Below the pieces are notes generated by a model. It was not told the DNA's origin. It saw nothing but the letters and a program-made list of their open reading frames with translations, and made no database searches. Position numbers and translations under genes: made by a program. 64,000 nt of DNA from Camelus dromedarius (taxonomy: Eukaryota): assembly GCF_036321535.1 (NCBI RefSeq), contig NC_087449.1, positions 38,874,001-38,938,000 on the forward strand, read 5' to 3'. Shown here in pieces: positions 12,315-24,401 of the stretch (its first letter is position 1; each line of letters starts with the position of its first letter).

Positions 12315-12772
12315 GTGTTTCTTATCAAATTGGGGAAGTTCAGTTGGTCATTTTTCCTCCTACCCTGCCCCGGGTACTTTACCACCGCAAAGCTAGGAAA
12401 GCCTGCATGGCACATTGGTCCATCCTCTAGGTCTCCCAGAGTTGGATGACACCTTAAGAGAGGTTGTTTTGGATCTGCTCCCAGTCAGAGGCGTGGCTGG
12501 GGACAGGATACTGGGGCAGCTAACCTTTTTACTGATGCACTAAGCGAAGTCTCGAAGGCTCGAAGGCTCGTGGGCATCCCTGCAGGGCGCTGCACTCAAC
12601 ACTTCACTTCAGTTTAAAACTGCATGTTTCCCTGTTTCCTGGGGTAAATGTACATTCTTCCAAAAATCCCTTTCACAGATTTTCTGGCAGAGGGGCCGTA
12701 GCACAGGAATAGACAGCAGCAGCCTTGGACAGTTGCAGTCAGTTAAGGAAAGAGTGGCAAACATAGCCAAGT

Positions 12773-12841
12773 GTACTCTGGTTTCTCTTCAGATCACACG
12801 TCTTTTGCCTTTTACATTTCATGGAGAGGAATATGTGTGAG
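12773..12841 (+). pseudogene. 3'-truncated U5 copy
   Basis: gtactctggtttctcttcagatc and loop 1 GCCTTTTAC (12807-12815) intact; small deletions break the flanking stem; no Sm site; L1-like sequence follows. Confidence 0.85.
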
Positions 12842-13130
12842 GTTACCTTATTTCTCATCTAAAAGGGAAAGTTTCCAGTGTTTCATCTATTAGATATGGC
12901 GTTTGCTATAGTTTTTTTTATAGCTAGCTCTTATCAGATTGAGATTCAATTTTTCAAACTTTTTCCTATTAAGATAATATATGTGCATTCCTAGATGGCA
13001 CATTTTTCTTTTTATATACTGGTAGATTCAGTTTGCTAATATTTAGTGTAGAATTTTTGCATCTATGTTCATGAATAAGATTGGTTTCTCGTTGGCATGC
13101 TGTCACTGATATTAAGATTACACTAACCTT

Positions 13131-13825
13131 CCTCCTACGCTGCTGGTGGGAATGCAGTTTGGTGCAGCCACTGTGGAAAACAGTATGGAGATTCCTCAAA
13201 AGACTAGGAACAGACTTACCATATGACCCAGCAATCCTGCTCCTGGGCATATATCCAGAAGGAACCCTACTTCAAAANNNNNNNNNNNNNNNNNNNNNNN
13301 NNNNNNNNNNNNNNNNNNNNNNNNNNNNNNNNNNNNNNNNNNNNNNNNNNNNNNNNNNNNNNNNNNNNNNNNNNNNNNNNNNNNNNNNNNNNNNNNNNNN
13401 NNNNNNNNNNNNNNNNNNNNNNNNNNNNNNNNCACTTGCAGCAACATGGATGTTCCTGGAGACTGTCATTCTAAGTGAAGTAAGCCAGAAAGAGAAAGAA
13501 AAATACCATATGAGATCACTTATATGTCAAATCTAAAAAAAAAAAAAAATACAAAACAGAAACAGACTCATAGACATAGAATACAAACTTGTGGTTGCCA
13601 AAGGGGTGCGTGTGGGAAGGGATTTCAAAATGTAGAACAGATAAACAAGATTATACTGTATAGCACAGAGAAATATATACAAGATCTTGTGGTAGCTCAC
13701 AGCGAAAAAAAATGTGACAATGAATATATATATGTTCATGTATAACTGAAAAATTGTGCTCTACACTGGAATTTGACACAACATTGTAAAATGACTATTA
13801 CCCAATAAAAAAAATGTTAAAAAAA
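13131..13825 (+). mobile_element. Young 5'-truncated L1 (ORF2 C-terminus plus 3'UTR)
   Basis: Perfect 17-bp TSD aagattacactaacctt (13114-13130 and 13826-13842); [19 protein letters not shown]1 ORF2 peptide; A tail. Confidence 0.92.
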
Positions 13826-14014
13826 AAGATTACACTAACCTTAGAAAATACATTGGGGTGTGTACTCTCTTCTCCTAATCTCTGAGAGAGCTTGTGTAAG
13901 ACTAGAATTTTTTCTTGAATGTTTGATAGACTTCTCTGAAGCTTCTGATCTTATGGGAAAAATTATTGATTCATTCTGTTTAATGCTTAGAGGACTATTT
14001 TAGTTTTCTATTTC

Positions 14015-14057
14015 TTTTTTTTTTTTTTTAGTTTTTTTTTAGGTTTTTTTTTTTTTT
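14015..14057 (-). mobile_element. Orphan poly(A) insertion with TSD
   Basis: Interrupted T run flanked by a 14-bp direct repeat tagttttctatttc (14001-14014 and 14058-14071). Confidence 0.7.
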
Positions 14058-14249
14058 TAGTTTTCTATTTCTTGAGTCTATTTTGGTAAATTATATTTTC
14101 TAGCAGTTTTCATCTAAACTTTCAAACATACTGAAAAAACTTTCATTATATCATTTAAAAAATCATTTTAATGAATTAGCATCTATAATGTCTCCTTTTA
14201 TATTCTTCATATTGATTATATGGCTTTTTTTGTTTTTGTATCAGTTCTG

Positions 14250-14520
14250 TTTGCATCCAAATCCCATGAGAGTAACACAGATGGATACCTGTTTATGCAG
14301 TGGATTGCATTATGAAGAGGAACCCTGATTTCAGAGAACCTGAATGTTACATAGTAGTCAGTAAGCATGCCTGCCCTTTGCTGTAAAGGGGAAAATGACC
14401 TTTATTTTCTGAAGCTGTTTGCTAAAAACATCCTTGAAAAGATAGTCTGAAACAAAAAGCAGTTAGTATTTCATTTACAAGACAGGCAGAAATGTGAGCG
14501 ACCTATAGAGAACTGTGTCT
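14250..14520. mobile_element. MER21/MER77-like ERV LTR fragment
   Basis: gctgtttgcta...aacatccttgaaaagatagtc motif, recalled from this LTR group. Confidence 0.4.
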
Positions 14521-17500
14521 TAGGATTATCTTTCTTTTGTTAGAGGTAATCCTTTAGCAGACATTCTTGCTTTGTTCTTAAATTTAGGGAGAAAGCATTC
14601 ATTCAGTCTTGCTATAATATTGTTAATTGTATAATATTGTTCATAATATTATATAATAGTGTTAATATATAATGTTAGCTGTAGACTTGTGTGTGTGTGT
14701 GGATGCTTTTTATCAGGCTGGGGAGGTTCTTCTCTAGACCTATTTTTCTGGGAATTTGTAATCATGAGCAGGTGTTGAATTTTGACACAGGAATTTTCTG
14801 CACTGATTGATATAATAATGTGATTTTTCTTCTTTAGCCTGTTAATTTGGTGGATTAAATTGAGTGATTTTTGGAAATTGATCCAGCCTTGCATTCCTGG
14901 AATGAGCCTACTTGGTCTCAGCCTGTTCTTCCCAATCACAGAATCAGAGTCACTCTCCCAGGAGAAAGATCCTGGTGCTACCCCTTCTGGTGCTTGGCAC
15001 TTTGGGGACAGGCCTCCTGGGGGAGTCCCTTTCCTCTGTGGACCAGTCTGATTCAGAAACAATTGGCTAGTGCTTCTGGGCCACTGCTTCTCATTCATCC
15101 ACATCTTCCCAGGTAGCCCTTGCAATCCCAGCTACCCACCCCAACCTCTGACTGCTCAGGTATGGTTCTAATTTGGAATCACAGAGCCAGCAACATTCTG
15201 GAGGGAAAGGGACCAGCACACTGAGTCTCCCTGGCTTCCCCCAAACACTCCCACCTGGACAAAAATGCAGCCTGGGGTGTCTCTGGCACTTGGCAGCCAT
15301 AGCCTGGTACCTGCAACCTCCAAGTCTTTCTTACTTGTTCTCTTATTGTTTGGTTGTGAAACCTTTTCTTCCTTTTTCTTGAATTAGTGCCGCTTGATTT
15401 TGGGGTCTGAGTGATTGGCTCCTCCTCATATCTGACTATAGGGGCCCGGTCAGCTGCCGCACAGCTCTCAGTAGTAGCTGGGCTCTTCCCAGGCACAAGC
15501 TGGCAGCACCTTAGTGCCAGGATGCCCTGGGGAAAATGCCTGCAGCAGAAAGTGAGTTGGTGAACATTCAGAGTAAAAATGAATGGATGCAGATATTTTA
15601 ATGAAATTTCCCTGACCACCAATGGCATTCTCTGCCCACATGGGACCAAGTGCTCCAGGAGACAAATATCTGGTTCTGCCTGTTCACACTGTCCTAAATA
15701 CTTGAGCCTTCGTTGATTATTTGCCTGCTCCTTGATTATGTATGGGGGTCCTTGGGAAAATGAAAATTTACTCACAGAGTCACTTTTGATCAAGTTTTAA
15801 AATTCACAGCTGTCACTGTTTACACCCAAAGCAGAAGTGCTAGTCCCTGCCCAAATGTCTCCACAGGAACCACAGCCAGCGTCAGCTCTCTGCCCTGCCC
15901 TAGTTACTCAGTGAGTGGACTCATTCAGAAAGCGAAGGAGACTGCCACCTTTGGCAGCTTTGCCCGAAGCCTGTGATGCTGACAACCCGCAACTGTCCTA
16001 AATGGAAGCAGTCACTGATTTATTTATTGATTGATTCATTCGTAAACAACATACTTAGTGAGCATCTTCTCTGTGCCAGATCCCTGTGCTAGGGCTATGA
16101 GGAAGACGAAGATACAATCCCTGCCCCTTCAGGATGACAGTGTCTAATGGGGAGTACCAGTAAACAAAGTGGCATGTATGAAGTAGTGTTGAAAGAACCA
16201 CAGGAACTTGAAGGAAGCCAGGCTGGGGTGAGGGCAAGTTGAGGGGGTGGGGGTGGCGAATCAGGAGAAGGCTTCCTTGGAGACGGTGGCACGTGAACTG
16301 GCAAAGCCATGGGGAGACGAGAGGGACTGGAATGAAGAATGTGGCGAGTGCCATGTTGAATAGTGTGTGCCCCATTGTGGCCAGGCAAGCAGGGAGTCGG
16401 CTGGGACGCAGGGTGGTGGGTCATGGAGTGAGAGCTAAGCCTGTGGAGGTGGGCCAGCCGCAGCTTCTGGCTTCTACCCTTCTGCTAACTACCCTACAGA
16501 GCAGATGTTTTCTCATCTTTCTTTTCAGAGAAAATGAAGGCTCAGAAAGGTTGACTAGCTTGCCCAAGGTCAAACAGCTAAGTAGAGGAATAACTCTGTT
16601 GGATTCCAAAACTCATATTCTTCACCACTAAAATGAGCTCTACTGCCTCCAGTCTTGGGGAGGACTAGGAGACAGACTGTGTGGGCATCGTGCTGGAGAG
16701 ATGGAGGTGGGTGTCGAGGTGAGAAATACAAAGATCCGAATTATAGTGGTGGAGACAGAATGGAGTGGTGGGGACAGATCTGAGTAATGTTAAGGAGGCA
16801 GGGTTGACTGGTCTTGTTAGAAGTTGGCTGAAGGTGGGAAGCAGGAAGCAGTGATGATTACCTACATGTCTATCCTGGGTGATTAGCTGCTTTTTGCTGA
16901 GATTGGGACCTCGGAGAATGAAAGGCTTGGAGCAGGAATATCAGGAGCCTAATTCTGAACATGTCCAGTTACATCCAAAGGGAGATGTTTAGAAGGCAAA
17001 TGGATGTCAGGGTCAGGCTTTCAGGCTCAGGAGAGAGGTCTGAGCTGCAGCGCAGTCACTCAGCCACTCTGCCCTTCATCCACAAAATGGGAATAATAAC
17101 GGTGCCCACTGAATCAGCTGATTGTGAGGATTAAATTAGTAAAGAGCTAGAGCAGTACTTTGCATACAGTCCATACTCTATAAAGGTGGGCATTTGTTGT
17201 TTCTAGCATCATAGGTGGTAATTAAAACCCTGGGAGTGGATGAGGGACTCGTGGAGGACTAGGAATGAACAAAGCGCTGAGGAGTAGTTTCCAGAGAGAG
17301 AGGGGAGGAAGCCAGGAGAGAATGTGGGGTCTGGGAAGGACAGGACCAGAGTATTCAGGGAGGAGGGTGTGATCAGGTGGGTTTGCAGGTGAGAGTTCAT
17401 GCCCAGTGAGGCTGAGAAGCAGCTTGGCGCCCGTTCATTGGACAAATATCCATTGGGTACTTGTAAGGCTGCAGTGCTGGTGCCGACTGAGACAGCAGTA

Positions 17501-18403
17501 AACAAAACAGATGCCAGGAGCGGGCCGCTGACCCGCAATGGAAACTGCAGTGCAAGGGGAAAGAGTCCTCCCATCTGAAGAGGAACCAGGGAGCCCAGAG
17601 CCTGTCAGCACAGGGAGAAAGCTCCATGATCACATGTCTAATAATGAAGAAACCCAGCATGAAGACTGCCCAGGGAATTGCAGAGAATAGGAGACGGAGC
17701 AGTAGCAGCTGGCTTAGTATTCAGACATGCCTCAGAAATGGTGCTGCACCTGGGAACTGTGGTTTTGTCATGCAACCATTTCCAGGACGCTCAGCACTCA
17801 CCAGGTTTGTTTTACAATTCTCTGCTCCTAGAGCCTGGGAAAACCAGTGTCCCTGTTCTTTCTGTTCACATCCAGACAAGACTGTCACCTGCTGGCCACA
17901 GATGATAAGTGTGCCTCAGTGCCGTCCATACACACAGTTTTGCTTGCTTTTCTAGAGTTGGAGTATGAGTAACTTGGGCAAATCACATGTGGTGAGGAAA
18001 AGACCAGTCAGGCATCTTCCTGACCAACTACATTCTGTCTCTGATTCCTGTACATTCCGTCACCTCTTTTTACCAAATCCTATTCAAAGCCCAATGTTGA
18101 AACGTTACAAATATATTTTATTTTAAAAAGCCAGGCAACAAAGCAGTTAATGTTATGTGCTATGGTGGTAGAAGTGTTGCTGAATCAGTGATTACTAGGG
18201 TGTGTCTTCCTCTGGTATCTGCTCTTCTGGGCCAGTCTCACCAAGTCCAATTAGCCTGTGTGCCAGCGCTTGAAAGTGTTCCTGTCACCAGAGTTAGAAC
18301 ACCTCTGCACCAGGTGCAAGGGTGGGGGGTGGGGGGACAGTATCAGGCCCCGGGCAGACACAGGTGTTTAGGGCCAGGCAAATGAGACAATTAGAAACAA
18401 GTT

Positions 18404-18503
18404 GCTCCTGGCCGCTCTCCCTTCTGAGGCAGACCACATTCTGTCTGTGGAATGTGTATCTCTCTAAATAAACTTGCTTTCACTTAAAAAAAAAAAAAAA
18501 AAA
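18404..18503 (+). mobile_element. Retroposed polyadenylated LTR-like 3' fragment
   Basis: 82-nt ERV1-LTR-like R sequence with AATAAA (18467-18472), A run, 11-bp TSD agaaacaagtt (18393-18403 and 18504-18514). Confidence 0.75.
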
Positions 18504-18534
18504 AGAAACAAGTTTTTCCCAAGGACTTTGTATT

Positions 18535-18682
18535 AAAAAATGTTTTTAATTGTTTGCTTGCTTTGGGTGGAGGTAATTAGGTTTATTTATTTATTTACTT
18601 TTAATGGAGGTGCTGGGGATTGAACCCAGGATCTTGGTGCCTGCTAAGCACACACTCTACCACTGAACTATACCCTCCCTCC
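18535..18682 (-). mobile_element. Camelid tRNA-derived SINE (Vic-1-like)
   Basis: SINE head on the minus strand; TSD aggactt(t/g)gtatt. Confidence 0.9.
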
Positions 18683-18819
18683 AGGACTTGGTATTTATAA
18701 AAAAAATAAAACTCTGGATGACTGTATAATAAAGCTTATAAATGCTAAATAGAGTGTTGTGGTTGAAGGGCTCATATAATTTTGGGGAAATGTATCTTTT
18801 AAAAATATTCAGTAAATTT

Positions 18820-18974
18820 CTTCTTTTTTTTCAGCCTCTGTAGAGACTGTCAAAAATTGCCAATGCCGACTATATTAGAAGTCATCATGGTGGGGTGTTA
18901 GGAAAAATTTTCAATTAGCAATAATGGCACTCGGATAAACCTCATTGGCTATGATACTGCCACTGTGCAAAGCT
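18820..18974 (-). pseudogene. U4 snRNA processed pseudogene, full length plus A tail
   Basis: Minus strand reads AGCTTTGCACAGTGGCAGTATCATAGCCAATGAGGTTTATCCGAG...AATTTTTGACAGTCTCT; CpG decay; 19-bp TSD aaaaatattcagtaaattt (18801-18819 and 18977-18995). Confidence 0.95.
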
Positions 18975-19749
18975 AAAAAAATATTCAGTAAATTTTTATG
19001 TGAGACTATCCTTTGGTGTCTGAGCCTTGCGACTGTTGTGCAGTGAAGTTACCCAGGACCTCTGCCTCTTCCACAGGAGGGACAGCTGAGACCACTCCTC
19101 ATGGCAGCGCAGAGGAGGAAAGCAAAGGCACAAGGTTCTAGGGGGAAAAGCTGTAGGTTTAAAAATGAGATATTGTAGTATTTGCTTGACTCTGTGAAGG
19201 GCATGAAGCTGAGAAAACATAATTTTTAAAAATATATTTTATTGTATTAATAATGATGTTGTATAACTTCAGGTTTTGACTGCTGCACAAAACTGGTAAA
19301 AACTAAGAGAGTCTTGTTCTCGGAACACTGGAGAGACAGGATAGTGTGGTAGTGAGGAGATGGGAGCAGCAGTCAGAATGCTTGGGTGTGATCCATAACT
19401 TTCCCACTTAGCATCTTTGAGACTTTGGACAGGTTATTTAATTGCTCCATGCCTTAGTTTCCTCATCTGTAAACTGGGGATGATAATAGTACGTACTTCT
19501 CAAAATTGTTCTGAGAGTCCCAGGAGATGATGAATAGCTGAGAATAGTGCCTGGCAAATAGTCAGCATCAGTCACTGGTAGTGGTTACTAGTTATTATTA
19601 CTAGTATTATTGGTGCTGGAACAAAGCTCTAGGACGGCACGGACTTAGTTTCATTTGTCACTATATACTCAGTGCCCAGCCCCGTGCCTGCTTCTGTCGA
19701 ATAAGTAAATGAATAAGTTAAAAACTAAATAATTTAAAAGTAAACCAAC

Positions 19750-20700
19750 AAAGACCATTATCAAAAAAGGGAAAAGAAAACAACAGAATGGGAGAAACCA
19801 TTCCAGTATCCAAAATATATAAAGAACTCTTTACAGTTCAACAGCAAAAAGACAAACAACTCAATTTTTAAAATGGGCATGAGACTTGAACAGATATTTC
19901 TCCAAGAAGGAAACATAAATGGCCAACAAGCACATGAGAAGATGTTCAACATCTTTAGTCATTTGGGAAATGTAAATCAAACCCGCAATGAGGTACCATC
20001 ACTCCATACCAACTAGGATGGCTATAAATATATGAAAAAAGGATGATAACAAGTATGGGCAAGGAATGTGGACAGACTGGAACCCTCATACATTTCCAGT
20101 GGGAATGTAAAATGGTTCAGCTGCTGTGGAAACAGTTTGACAGTTCCTCAAAAGGTTAAACAGAATTACCATATGACTTGGCAATTCCATCCCAAAGAGT
20201 GAAAACAGGCACTCAAACAAATACATGGACATGTATGTTCATAGCAGCACTATTCACAATAGGCAAAAGAGGGAAACAGCCCAAATGTCCACCAGCAGAC
20301 GAGTGGAGAGACAAATTGTGATATATGCATACAATGGAATATTATTCACCCACAAAAAGAATGAAGTACTGATACACGCTACACATAGATGAACCTCAAA
20401 AACAGACTAAGCAAAAGAAGCCAGATACAAAAGGTCACATACTGTATGACTCCATTTATCTGAAGTATCTAGAATAGGTGAATCCAGAGAGACAAGATTG
20501 GTGGTTTCTAGGGGCGGAGGGGAGGGGACGGTGAGCAAATGTTTAATGGTACAGAGTATCCTCTGGGGGTAGCAAAAATGTTTTAGAGCTACACAGAGGT
20601 GGTGGTTACACATCACTGTGAATGTATACTAAATGCCACTGAATTGTTTATTTTAAAATGGTTAATTTTATGTTATATGACTCCTCACCTCAATTGAAAA
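19750..20700 (+). mobile_element. Old L1MB/MC-type 3' end
   Basis: aaaatgggcatgagacttgaacagatatt...tacaatggaatattattc...gtggtggttacaca L1 3' motifs. Confidence 0.8.
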
Positions 20701-20730
20701 ATGCTTTTGTGAAGAAAAAAGAAGAAAACC

Positions 20731-21037
20731 AATCTAAAAAAAAAAAAAACCATAAATACAAACAGAAACAGACTCATAGACATAGAATACAAACTTGTGG
20801 TTGCCAGCAGGGGAGGGGGTGGGAAGGGAAAGACTGGGATTTCAAAATGTAGAACAGATAAACAAGATTGCACTGTGTAGCACAGGGAAATATATACAGG
20901 ATCTTGTGGTGGCTCACAGTGAAAGAGAATGTGACAATGAATATATGTATGCTCATGTATAACTGAAAAATTGTGCTCTACACTGGAATTTGACACAACA
21001 TTGTAAAATGACTATAACTCAATAAAAAATGATTAAA
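20731..21037 (+). mobile_element. Young camelid L1 3'UTR fragment
   Basis: Near-identical to 13520-13825; flanked by aaaaaagaag(a/t)aaac. Confidence 0.85.
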
Positions 21038-21557
21038 AAAAAAGAAGTAAACTGAATCTGTGATCAATTTCTAAATAAATCATATTTCTTAATAGTAGGA
21101 ATCTACATAACTTCACAGATCTAAGAGCCTCAGGAGAATTAACAATGATGTTCGTGCCCACTGCGAGTCTCTCCAGGTCCCTGGGGGACAGGGGAAAAGA
21201 CGTCACACATTCAAAGACTTGTCAGTGTGTGTACTGTTTGGTCACTTAGGGCCACTGCTTCCCTGCACTAACATTTCTAGTGGATTCCATCACATGAATG
21301 AATGCAGTTTGCTCAGCCATTAATCCTGCTGTGGTGCTTCATGCCTGATAAGCCACACTTCCAACTTCACTATAGGAAACACGATCATTTCATGAGCAAG
21401 TCAAGTTAATCATAGGTTCTAGGTCCATTAGAAAAAAAATTATTCTCCAAATGACCATTTTTCCAAATTCACATTTTCATTTTACCATAAAATTATTTTG
21501 TATAGGTATTTGTTAAATTTGTTAAATTTGTTAAATTTTCTGCAATGTTTATTGGAT

Positions 21558-22112
21558 GGTACAGGGGTTTTAAAATATGTCCACAAAGTTTTTAGGAGGT
21601 TTCCTTTCGAGAGGTGGAGCCCAATTCTCTCCTCCCCTTGAATGTGGGCTCAGTGACCAGCCTCTAAAGAACACAGTGAAACAGAAGTGACAAGTGCAAC
21701 TTCTGGGATTAGATTATAAAAGATATTGAGCTCCCTTTGCTCGCTCTTGGATCACTCACCCTGGGAGAAGCCCACGGCCATGTTGTGAGGACACTCAAGC
21801 AGCCCTGCAGAGAGGTCCACGTGGGAAGAACTGAGGCTTCCTGTCAATACTCAGCATTAACTTGCCAGGCGGGTGAATGAGCTGCCCTGGAAGTGGGTCC
21901 TCCAGGCCCGGCCATGCCTTCAGATGCCCGCAGCCCCACCTGACCACTTGACTGCAACCTCATGACACAAATGGGTGGCCCTGAGCCAGAAGCACTCTGT
22001 CAAGCTGCTCCCAGAGTCCTGACCCACAAAAACTGGGGGAGATAATAAATGTTTATTTTTTTTTATCCACTAGGTTTTAGGGTAATTTGTTATAAGCAAC
22101 AGGTAATGAATA
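21558..22112 (+). mobile_element. MLT1 (E/F-like) solo LTR
   Basis: gagaggtggagcc...cttgaatgtgggc...gagataataaatgttt...gtaatttgttata motifs. Confidence 0.65.
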
Positions 22113-24332
22113 TAGATGAACTGATTTAACTGCTTTTGTAGATTTCTGCAAAGTTTGAATATAATGGCTTTCATTTTTGTCTTCATAGCATTTTAAGGAA
22201 TCTTCATTTGTCTCTGCCCAAGCTGTCTGTAGCTGCCGGGGTGGGAATGGGAGCAAGGAGGGGGTCCTGGTCCTGCGTGGCCTAGACCGCCTACCCATCA
22301 TTGGGAAGAGGGGATGGGGAGGGGGTGGGGCAGAGAAAGGGAGGGTAAGGGCCAGAAAAGGGGGCCAACGAAGGGCAGAAAGTGGGTACTGAGGGGCAGA
22401 GAGAGGCTGATATCCCTGAGGATGCTGAAGTTGTAGCTTCTCCCAGCTCTCCTAGGCCCTACCAATACAACCAAGAGGAACTGCATACACTTTAGAAATT
22501 TTTAAAGGAAACATTTTCAGTAAATTGGTAATTTGGCGAATTGGGCACTCAGCAAATTGGTCATTTAGCCACTTGATTTTTGGCAAGCATACATTTGGCA
22601 AATTAATTTACAATGATTAGCCTGCTTCTAATTGTCATACATAGTAATTTTTATGTTCCTAAGGTAGTAATTTGTAACAGATACTAACATATTTACACAC
22701 ACACACACACACATATTTCAAATTCCCATCAGAACTAATTTCTCCTTTCAAAAAACTTTGTGACTTTGACATTTCTTTCCTCCGGGGAGGGAGAGCAGTA
22801 AGTGAATACTTCTGTGGCTTTAGACTGCTTGTCATGATTAAGTCCCTGCCCACCACTAATTCCTGGAACAGCAGTCCTCCCTGGGAGGAAACTGCCGTTT
22901 TTCACTTCACAGCAATTATAAATGGAGATAAATTCCAGGCAGGATCACTTTGGAGAAGTCCTCCTTTACTTTTAATTTTGACTCTTTTAGGTTAAATGGG
23001 ATCATCATTAAAAGAAATTCTGAAATCTTAATTCTATGAAAAAAAAAACACACACACAACAAAACCCTCAGAAATTTGCAGACGTAGGCCTCAAAACCCT
23101 TTCTGCCGCAGTGGGGACTAGAAAGTCATTACTTGGCCATGGTTTCCTCTTCCACTCTTTTTTAAGAAGCTGGAAGGGCAGGGCGTTCCCCACGACCTTT
23201 GACGTGGGGCTCCCTGACCCACCCCTCTTCCAGGGCCACCTGCATGGGTGTGCAGGAGATGTCATGTTAGGAAACCCAGCTCTGGCAGGCAAACATATTT
23301 CAGGGAACTGCATGAAAACATTGAGACAGGGGAGAAAAAGGAAGAAAGAGAAGCTTATCTTACCTAGACAGACACAGAGCCACTGCTGCACACACGCCCC
23401 AGCTCCCACACGTCCCACTGTAGTGGGTTTAAAACTTGGCCACAAAATTACTTGACCCTCCCCACCATCGAGATGCAGGGTCTACGTGCTTCCCTGGAAT
23501 CTGGGCAGGAAGTGATGCTGTAACTTCTGAGGGTAGATCAAAAAAGGTCCTGCAGCTTTGGTCTGGAATGTCTTGGGAGTTCGCTCTCAGCTGCCCGGTT
23601 TCAGAATCTGGCCATGGAGCTGAGAGAAGCCTAAGTGACAGGGAGAGGGCACAGGTGGGTGCTGCAGCTCACAGTCCCAGCTCTGAGTCCCACCTTCAAG
23701 ATCCAGATGATTCCAGCTGCCTTGTGCTGCTCAAGGCAGGCGCCTGGGTGGGGCGTTTACCCCGATGCAAAATTTAATGGAGGGGCCAAGAAATTCAGTA
23801 ATTGAGATGGATACATTTTAATGCAATTTAAAAACTGAATGCAAAAAATATTCATGAAGAACAACCTATCAAAATGCTAGATACAAACAGGATCAGTCAG
23901 AGTGCCACGTGGAGCCACACTGGAGCCTGAGACAAAAGGAAAAGTCAGTAAGAGTGATCCTCACTAGCCTCCCTCTGCTCCCGCTGTGGCCCCTGCTGTC
24001 TTCCAGGGGAGGCCCCAGGCATCTTGGAGCAGAGATAATCCATCTTTGCTGTGTCCTATTCAAATTCCTGACCGACATACTATGTGAGTAAAGCAGTGGC
24101 AGTTTTATGAGTTTTGATTCGGGTGGTTTGTTATAAGCAATAGGTAACCAGAACGCCCACCCTCTGCTCTAGAGGCTTTACCATCTCCTACTTTGCTTCT
24201 CTTTTCCCTCCTCCTCTGAACCCTCTGCCTTAGCCCTAAGAACACTCAGGAAATAAAGAGTCATTTAAGACACACAGCCTCCACTTGGCCATCTGGGCTG
24301 AAAAACTAGGTTTGTAGGGATTTTTTTTAGAT

Positions 24333-24401
24333 TTTTTTTTTTAATGGAAGTACTGGGGGTTGAACCCAAGACCTCACACAAGCTATAACACCCCCACCCC
24401 C
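24333..24401 (-). mobile_element. Internally deleted Vic-1-like SINE
   Basis: taatggaagtactgggggttgaacccaagacctc followed directly by the head end. Confidence 0.65.

Larger units (their letters stand above)
12860..14915 (-). mobile_element. Old L1M ORF2 fragments, interrupted by younger insertions
   Basis: Antisense L1 motifs such as gggaaagtttccagtg, ctggtagattcagtttgctaatattt and gccttgcattcctggaatgagcctacttggtc. Confidence 0.7.

Noticed and set aside
13081-13536. ORF with a recognisable protein-like segment
   Set aside because: It is the C-terminus of L1 ORF2 in a truncated insertion, extended artificially by Ns
15179-15793. 204-aa minus-strand ORF within the ARMH1 intron
   Set aside because: Non-ATG start, no recognisable domain, no splice-compatible phase; likely a chance ORF
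18820-18974. U4 as a functional gene
   Set aside because: A tail, 19-bp TSD, CpG decay and no PSE/DSE mark it as a retrocopy
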